In this document: positions 58,450 to 64,000 of the stretch, piece after piece | How the letters are laid out: each line of letters opens with the position of its first letter | How positions within the stretch are numbered: the stretch's first letter is position 1 | Assembly: GCA_040755995.1 (NCBI GenBank) | Contig: JBFMAF010000040.1 | Span: 93,556 to 157,555 of the forward strand | Source: Acidobacteriota bacterium | Lineage (GTDB): Bacteria; Acidobacteriota; CAIWXX01 | Reading direction: 5' to 3' | DNA length: 64,000 nucleotides | Made by a program: the position numbers and the translations under genes | The notes under the pieces: model-generated | What the model saw: the letters and a program-made list of their open reading frames with translations, nothing else | The model's database searches: none | What the model was told of the DNA's origin: nothing

Positions 58450-59448
58450 ATGTGGATCCGCAGAGAAACGAGATGGACGTTCGGCCTCGCGCTTGCGTCG
58501 GTCATCGCAACGGGCGACTTGCAACGGCTGAACTGCGACGTCCCACCCGGCTGCAGGCCGGGACCCCAGGGGACGCAATTCGCGGATGTGACAGGCGACG
58601 GGAAGGCAGACGCGATCGTGATCAACGGTGGAGGAGTCACGGTGCGGCGGTCGGACGGGCGCGGTTTCCTGTCGAATGAGATGTGGACAGAGGGCGCGTA
58701 CTTCGGCACAAGCGAGACCCGCTTCGTCGATGTCACCGGCGACGGAAGAGCCGATGCAATCGTCGTCAACGCCGGCGGCCTCACGGTGCGGCGTTCCGAC
58801 GGGAGACGATTCATGCCGAACGAGGCGTGGACCACGAATCCGTACTACGGCACAATCGGCACATTCTTCGCGGACGTCACCGGCGATGGACGGGCGGACG
58901 CCATCGCGGTGAACGATGGAGGCGTCACGGTGCGGCGATCCGACGGCTACCGGTTCCTTCCCAACGAGATCTGGACCGGCAATCCATACTACGGTTCCGT
59001 CGGCACCTACTTCGCCGACGTCACCGGCGACGGCAAGGCGGACGCGATCGTGGTCAACTCCGGCGGCATCACCGTGCGCCGTTCCGACGGCCGGCAGTTC
59101 CTTTCGAACGAGCTCTGGACGTCCAACCCGTACTTCGGACAACTCGGCACCTGCTTCGCAGACGTCACCGGCGATGGCAAGGCGGATGCCATCGTGATCA
59201 ACACCGGCGGCGTGACGGTGAGACGATCCGACGGCTCCGCCTTTCTCCCCAACGAGGCGTGGACGAACAACCCGTACTTCGGCGACGTCGGAACATATTT
59301 CGAAGATGTCAACGGCGACGGCCGGGACGACGCGATCGTGGTCAACACCGGCGGGGTGACCGTACGACGATCCGGCGGCCGGGACTTCCTCGGCAACGAG
59401 GCCTGGACCTCGAATCCGTACTTTGGGGATGTGTACCCGCTGTGCTGA
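58450..59448 (+). CDS. FG-GAP/VCBS-like repeat beta-propeller protein, possible lectin
   Basis: GGAGGAG RBS; six 48-aa repeats FADVTGDGxADAIVVN.GGVTVRRSDG..F..NE.WT.NPY.G. Confidence 0.85.
   Translation: MWIRRETRWTFGLALASVIATGDLQRLNCDVPPGCRPGPQGTQFADVTGDGKADAIVINGGGVTVRRSDGRGFLSNEMWTEGAYFGTSETRFVDVTGDGRADAIVVNAGGLTVRRSDGRRFMPNEAWTTNPYYGTIGTFFADVTGDGRADAIAVNDGGVTVRRSDGYRFLPNEIWTGNPYYGSVGTYFADVTGDGKADAIVVNSGGITVRRSDGRQFLSNELWTSNPYFGQLGTCFADVTGDGKADAIVINTGGVTVRRSDGSAFLPNEAWTNNPYFGDVGTYFEDVNGDGRDDAIVVNTGGVTVRRSGGRDFLGNEAWTSNPYFGDVYPLC
58579..59430 (+). repeat. Six 144-bp coding tandem repeats
   Basis: Repeat starts at 58579, 58723 and onward with 144-nt period. Confidence 0.9.
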
Positions 59449-59465
59449 GGCGCAGAGCGCACCGG

Positions 59466-59510
59466 GCAGGGCACGTGGCACATAAAGGCCACGGCACGCC
59501 GTGCCCCTAC
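59466..59510. repeat. REP-like (GTAG-type) palindrome
   Basis: Minus strand GTAGGGGCACGGCGTGCCGTG; plus strand GCAGGGGCACG; a similar GTAGGGGCG hairpin at 25988-26022. Confidence 0.45.
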
Positions 59511-59547
59511 CTACCCCGGCGGAACGCCGTAACGCGGCAGGCAATTG

Positions 59548-59577
59548 TTGACCGTGGCCACTGTTCCCTGCTAGAGT
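59548..59577 (+). promoter_or_regulatory. Sigma70-type promoter of the Rieske/cytochrome operon
   Basis: TTGACC-18 nt-TAGAGT with TGn extension. Confidence 0.5.
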
Positions 59578-59610
59578 TCCGCGGGCAGACCAACGAGAGG
59601 TGATGCCACT

Positions 59611-60060
59611 GTGGCAGAAGAACGGCTTCCTGTGCCGGTCCCGCGACGAGGGTTCCTCGACCTCCTGAGCAAGATCTTTCTATCCCTCTGGGGATTCGGA
59701 TTCATCGGCGTCATCTATGCCTATCTACGACCCCAGCACCGGCAAGTCCTGCTGGATGAGACGTTCCGGGCCGGATCGCTGTCTGCGCTCCGGGTGGGCG
59801 ACGCCTTCATCACGCAGCATCAATCCGGCCCCGTCCTGATCGTCCGGACCGGAGACCGCGATGTCATCGCTTTCTCCGCACTCTGTACTCACATGCGCTG
59901 TATACTGCACTGGGCCGGCGACACGCGCACGATACTCTGCCCGTGTCACGGCGGAGTCTTCGACTGGAACGGCAACGTGCTCTCGGGGCCGCCGCCTCGG
60001 CCTCTGCAGCGCTACTCTGTCGAGATCAGGAATGAGGATATTTTTGTACGCATGGCTTGA
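59611..60060 (+). CDS. Rieske 2Fe-2S protein (bc-complex type)
   Basis: RRGFL Tat motif plus TM; CTHMRC and CPCHGG; GPPPRPL. Confidence 0.93.
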   Translation: MAEERLPVPVPRRGFLDLLSKIFLSLWGFGFIGVIYAYLRPQHRQVLLDETFRAGSLSALRVGDAFITQHQSGPVLIVRTGDRDVIAFSALCTHMRCILHWAGDTRTILCPCHGGVFDWNGNVLSGPPPRPLQRYSVEIRNEDIFVRMA

Positions 60061-60075
60061 GCGAGAGTATCGCCA

Positions 60076-61196
60076 TGAGACTTAGCCCCGCCGGCCGCGT
60101 GCTCGACTGGTTCGAGGCGCGTCTGAATCTGACGGAACTGTTCTCATTCTTGACCAGTTTCGGGCTGTTCATAGTCGAGCTGGACACACGGAAACCGATT
60201 CGTGAGGCTTTGCCCGAGGCGCTGAAGCGGCCCATCCCGTCTTACGCACGCTGGCCGCGCGTCCTGGGAATCCTCACACTGCTCATCTTTCTGTTCCAGG
60301 TTTCTTCCGGATTGCTGCTCGCATTCTACTATCGGCCGGCGACACCCGGGGCGTACGAGAGCGTGCGTACGATCGTGCGTGACGTGAGCCTGGGGTGGTT
60401 CATTCACCAGATGCATTTCTGGGGATCCAGCGCTCTGATCCTCATTCTGCTGGCGCGCATCCTCAGGCACTACTTCGACGGCCTCTACCGGGCCCCGCGC
60501 GAGCTGCTATGGGTGCTCAGCTTCCTTCTTTTCATCGCGGCGACCCACGCCGACTTCAGCGGGCGTATCCTGACGTGGGAGAGTACCACGTACTGGTCGA
60601 CCACGCGTGCGCTGGAGCTTTTCTCGCTGCTTCCATTCGTGGGAACTGCTTTCGCTTTCCTGGTGGGTGGGAGCAACATCGGGGACGCGGCTCTGACGCG
60701 CTTCTATTTCATCCACATCGTGTTTCTGCCGCTCGCTCTGCTCGCGCTCTTCTACCTGCATTTCCTCGTAGTGCGGCGTGTCGGTCTCTCACCGGCTCCG
60801 GGCGAGGCCGCGCAGCAGGGCATTCTGGCGTACAAGCGCTACTTGCTGAATCTGCTCATCGTACTTGTCCTCGTCTTCGGGCTGCTCGTGACCCTGTCGG
60901 TGCTGTTTCCGTTGCCGTTCGACAAGAAGGCCGACGTGCTCACGACGCCTGCCGGCGCTCTTCCCCCGTGGTATCTGCTTCCCGCCTTCGGGTTCGTCAC
61001 CTTGACACCACACTTCATCCCGAACCCGATCAAGGGCACCATCGTGCTCTTGACGCTCGTGGCCGTGACGCTGCTGCCCTTTCTGGATCGTCCGGCTGCG
61101 CAGTCGCCGACAGGAAGACTCGGACGGCTTGTTGCCGGTTTGTTTTTCCTCCTCTTGCTCATCGGGCTCGGGCTCTACGGGTACTCTCATGCGTAG
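60076..61196 (+). CDS. Cytochrome b (fused b6 and subunit IV type), atypical
   Basis: QVSSGLLLAFYYRP, MHFWG, YRAPREL.W, LTRFYFIH..LP...LH, PPWY. Confidence 0.9.
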
Positions 61197-62436
61197 TGGC
61201 CCGCCGGCCTGGTCCAAGGCGATCCGGCTTGCTTTCCGCCTTCTGGCTCCTCCGCTCCTGGTCCCCGTTCTCCTCTGCGCGGACGACACGGGGCGCTGCG
61301 GAGTCTGTCATGGCGACGTGCGGGTCCTGTTCGAGGCCGGGATACATCACAAGGAGCAGATCAGCTGCGTGAGCTGCCACGGGGGCGACGAGGGGAGCGA
61401 CGACCTTCGCGCGGCGCACGGAGGGGAGCCGAGCGCTCCTGCACGCCGGAAGATCCCAGAGCTCTGCGCCTCGTGCCACTCGGACATCGGGAAGATGAAG
61501 GTCTACAATCTGCCGACCGATCAGTACGCGCTCTACCAGAGCTCCCAACACGGGATCATGCTGGCCAGGGGCAACACCGATGTCGCCGTATGCACGGACT
61601 GCCATGGCGTCCATGACATCTATCCTCGAAGCGACCCGCGCAGCTCCGTGTACCGGTCCAACATCCCGAAGACCTGCGCCCGGTGCCACTCGGACCCGGC
61701 TCTGATCAAGAAGTACCACTGGGCCTCGGATCCGTACCGGGAGTTCGCTGGAAGCGTTCACGGGAGAGCGCTTCTGGAACAGGGCGATCTGGGCGTGCCG
61801 GATTGCTCGCGATGCCACGGTGTGCACGGAGCAGCTCCTCCCGGCGTCGGCGACGTGGCGAAGGTCTGTGGTCAATGCCACGGCGCCGCGCGCGAGTACT
61901 TCGAACTGAGCCCGCACCGCAGCGCGATGGCAGCGGCCGGAGAACCGGAGTGTGCGAGCTGTCACTCCAACCATAGCACGCAGCCTGCTGGAGACGTTCT
62001 GCTCGGCACGTCATGCAAAGGCTGCCACGGCGCCGGCGATCCGGCCATGAAGGTGGCTCGCGAGATCCATGACGAGCTCACCGATACCCGCCGGCAGGTC
62101 GACCGCGCGTCCGGATTGATCGCGGATGCCGAGGCGGTTCCGTTGAACGTGGACGACTATCGGGCACGGCTGGAGGAGGCTCGGAGCTACCTGACCGAAT
62201 CTCTGCCGGCAGTCCATTCGTTCTCGCTGGCCCAGGTGCGCGCAATAACGGTCCGATCACGCTCGATCTGCGAGGAGATCATCCGTGAGGTGCAGGAGAA
62301 GCTGGACGGCCTCAGATGGCGCAAGTACGGGCTCGTCATCTTCTGGTTCTACCTGATCCTGACGCTTGTGATCCTCACGCGCTTCAAGCGCGGGCTGGGA
62401 GCCGCGGTCGAGAAAGAGGAGACCGGGCAGAAATGA
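61189..62436 (+). CDS. Nonaheme cytochrome c with C-terminal TM anchor
   Basis: 9 CxxCH (CGVCH, CVSCH, CASCH, CTDCH, CARCH, CSRCH, CGQCH, CASCH, CKGCH); signal peptide; helical linker. Confidence 0.92.
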   Translation: MRSGPPAWSKAIRLAFRLLAPPLLVPVLLCADDTGRCGVCHGDVRVLFEAGIHHKEQISCVSCHGGDEGSDDLRAAHGGEPSAPARRKIPELCASCHSDIGKMKVYNLPTDQYALYQSSQHGIMLARGNTDVAVCTDCHGVHDIYPRSDPRSSVYRSNIPKTCARCHSDPALIKKYHWASDPYREFAGSVHGRALLEQGDLGVPDCSRCHGVHGAAPPGVGDVAKVCGQCHGAAREYFELSPHRSAMAAAGEPECASCHSNHSTQPAGDVLLGTSCKGCHGAGDPAMKVAREIHDELTDTRRQVDRASGLIADAEAVPLNVDDYRARLEEARSYLTESLPAVHSFSLAQVRAITVRSRSICEEIIREVQEKLDGLRWRKYGLVIFWFYLILTLVILTRFKRGLGAAVEKEETGQK

Positions 62437-62467
62437 CGGCTGCCTTCGGCGCCATGCGTGAGATGGC

Positions 62468-64000
62468 ATGCCGGCGATGAGCGTTCTCCGCTTTCTGAGA
62501 GCCCGGGTGAAAGCCCTGTCACTTGCGGGCGGTCTCGCGATTGCGCTAGGTCTCATCGCTGTGATCGCCACCGTCGAGGCGACTTCGCGGCCGACATTCT
62601 GCGGGACCTGCCACATCATGAAGCCGTACTATGAATCGTGGAGCACCTCCCGGCACAACAAGGTTGCCTGCGTCGAATGCCACATCGCTCCTGGCGTGAC
62701 GGCCGAGGTCAGGAAGAAGTACGAGGCGCTCTCGATGGTTGTGAAGTACTTCACGCGCACGTACGGCACGGCGCCGTGGGCCGAGGTCGAGGACTCGGCG
62801 TGTCTGCTGTGCCACGAACGCCGGCTGCTGGAAGGGCGCGTCACGTTCGAGGGCGTGAGCTTCGATCACCGCCCCCACCTGATCGAGATGCGGCGAGGCA
62901 AGAGGCTCCGCTGCACCTCGTGCCATGGCCAGATCGTCCAGGGGACTCACGTTGCCGTGACAAGTACCACCTGCGCTCTCTGCCATTTCAAGGGACAGGT
63001 CCCCGGGCAAGAGACGGCGCGCTGCGAGATCTGCCACGACGTCCCGGAGAAGGTGTTCGACCTCGGGGGCACGAAGTTCGACCACGCAGAGGTGAAGAGA
63101 TACGGGATGACGTGCACCTGGTGCCACGTCTCGGTGGTCAAAGGAGACGGTGCGGTTCCGAAGGAGAGGTGTTTTGGCTGCCACAACGAGGCCTCGCGAT
63201 TGGCGCGATACGGAGAAGGGGAGCTGCTTCACCAGATCCATGTCACAGAGCACAAGGTTGACTGTCTCAACTGCCACCTCGAGATCCAGCATGGCAAGGC
63301 GCTCCTCGGTGTCGAGACACCGAGCGCGGCGGCGCCGCGCCAGGAGACCGTGCCGGAATGTTCGACCTGCCACTCAGCAGGCCACTCAGCGCAAGAACAG
63401 CTGTATCGAGGCACTGGGGGCCATGGAGTCGAGCCCATGCCCAGCGCCATGTTCCTGGCGGGGGTGAGATGCGAAGGCTGCCACACCACGCGGCGCGGTG
63501 TCGTCGACTACGCCACCGCAGTGAGCTGCATGGCCTGCCACGGCCCGCGATACCTCAAGATCTTCGAGGGGTGGCAGAACATCCTCAAGAAACGCCTATC
63601 AGAAGCGGAAGCCGCGCTGGAGAATGCCCGGCAGAAGCTCGGCGCAGTGGACGACTCGTTCCAGAAGGCATCGCACAACGTCGACATCGCGAAGAGCGGT
63701 CACGGAATCCACAACGTTCCTTACGCACTGACTCTGATCGAAAACGCCGAACGGCTTGTCAACGACCGCCTGAAGGAAAAGGGCATCCCCGTTCGGGAGC
63801 GGCTGCGGAGTGCCTTCGAGAAGGAGAAGTGCTACGCCTGCCACCAGGGCGTAGAGCTGCAGGCAGGTGCGTTCGCCGGTGTGAGCTTCAAGCACGAGGT
63901 CCACCTCCTCAGAGCCGGCCTGACCTGTGCCGCATGCCACAGACCGCACGAAGAGCGCGGCCCGCACGAAGTGGTGCGTTTCGGCAAGGAAGGGTGTGTC
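62468..64000 (+). CDS. NapC/NirT-type N-domain multiheme cytochrome c, >=14 hemes, truncated by the window end
   Basis: Manual translation (absent from the ORF track): TM, then TSRPTFCGTCHIMKPYYESW..S.H..VACVECH; 14 CxxCH, GHGIHN, and a possible 15th starting at the edge. Confidence 0.92.
   Translation, partial: MPAMSVLRFLRARVKALSLAGGLAIALGLIAVIATVEATSRPTFCGTCHIMKPYYESWSTSRHNKVACVECHIAPGVTAEVRKKYEALSMVVKYFTRTYGTAPWAEVEDSACLLCHERRLLEGRVTFEGVSFDHRPHLIEMRRGKRLRCTSCHGQIVQGTHVAVTSTTCALCHFKGQVPGQETARCEICHDVPEKVFDLGGTKFDHAEVKRYGMTCTWCHVSVVKGDGAVPKERCFGCHNEASRLARYGEGELLHQIHVTEHKVDCLNCHLEIQHGKALLGVETPSAAAPRQETVPECSTCHSAGHSAQEQLYRGTGGHGVEPMPSAMFLAGVRCEGCHTTRRGVVDYATAVSCMACHGPRYLKIFEGWQNILKKRLSEAEAALENARQKLGAVDDSFQKASHNVDIAKSGHGIHNVPYALTLIENAERLVNDRLKEKGIPVRERLRSAFEKEKCYACHQGVELQAGAFAGVSFKHEVHLLRAGLTCAACHRPHEERGPHEVVRFGKEGCV

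Noticed and set aside
58579..59430. Regular repeats as a possible CRISPR array
   Set aside because: 144-bp in-frame coding repeats with no unique spacers and no cas genes
1..64000. Many long antisense or alternate-frame ORFs (e.g. 55928..57268, 58336..59544, 62546..63373)
   Set aside because: Shadow ORFs typical of GC-rich DNA, overlapping well-supported genes

Overview
GC-rich chromosomal window from a diderm bacterium. Gene content and repeat style suggest an anaerobic or facultative Acidobacteriota-like lineage; this is inference. About 53 plausible CDSs; no rRNA, tRNA, CRISPR array or transposase/integrase seen. Main blocks in order: (1) secreted proteins and an orphan NarL/LuxR response regulator sharing a conserved palindrome-plus-promoter module in three copies; (2) AlgI/AlgJ-like O-acyltransferase pair; (3) LolA-like protein and beta-barrel; (4) alr, creatininase-family enzyme and a secreted metallopeptidase; (5) a probably leaderless rrf2-cysK-iscS-mnmA-thiF/moeB sulfur-relay operon; (6) an 11.6-kb segment bounded by a synonymous copy of the thiF/moeB 3' end, holding a PA-domain protease, sulfatase-TPR, CARDB protein, Tat-like DUF362 and AmmeMemoRadiSam radical SAM, and a membrane spermidine-synthase-like protein; (7) assorted secreted enzymes and an ABC exporter; (8) two divergent toxin-antitoxin pairs; (9) signal-peptide-bearing TldD/TldE; (10) GH81 glucanase, acylating aldehyde dehydrogenase with STAS protein, and a six-repeat FG-GAP propeller; (11) a Rieske, atypical cytochrome b, nonaheme and >=14-heme cytochrome c operon running off the right edge. 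All calls come from motif recognition by eye; no database search was run. Several start codons were re-assigned using RBS or promoter evidence.
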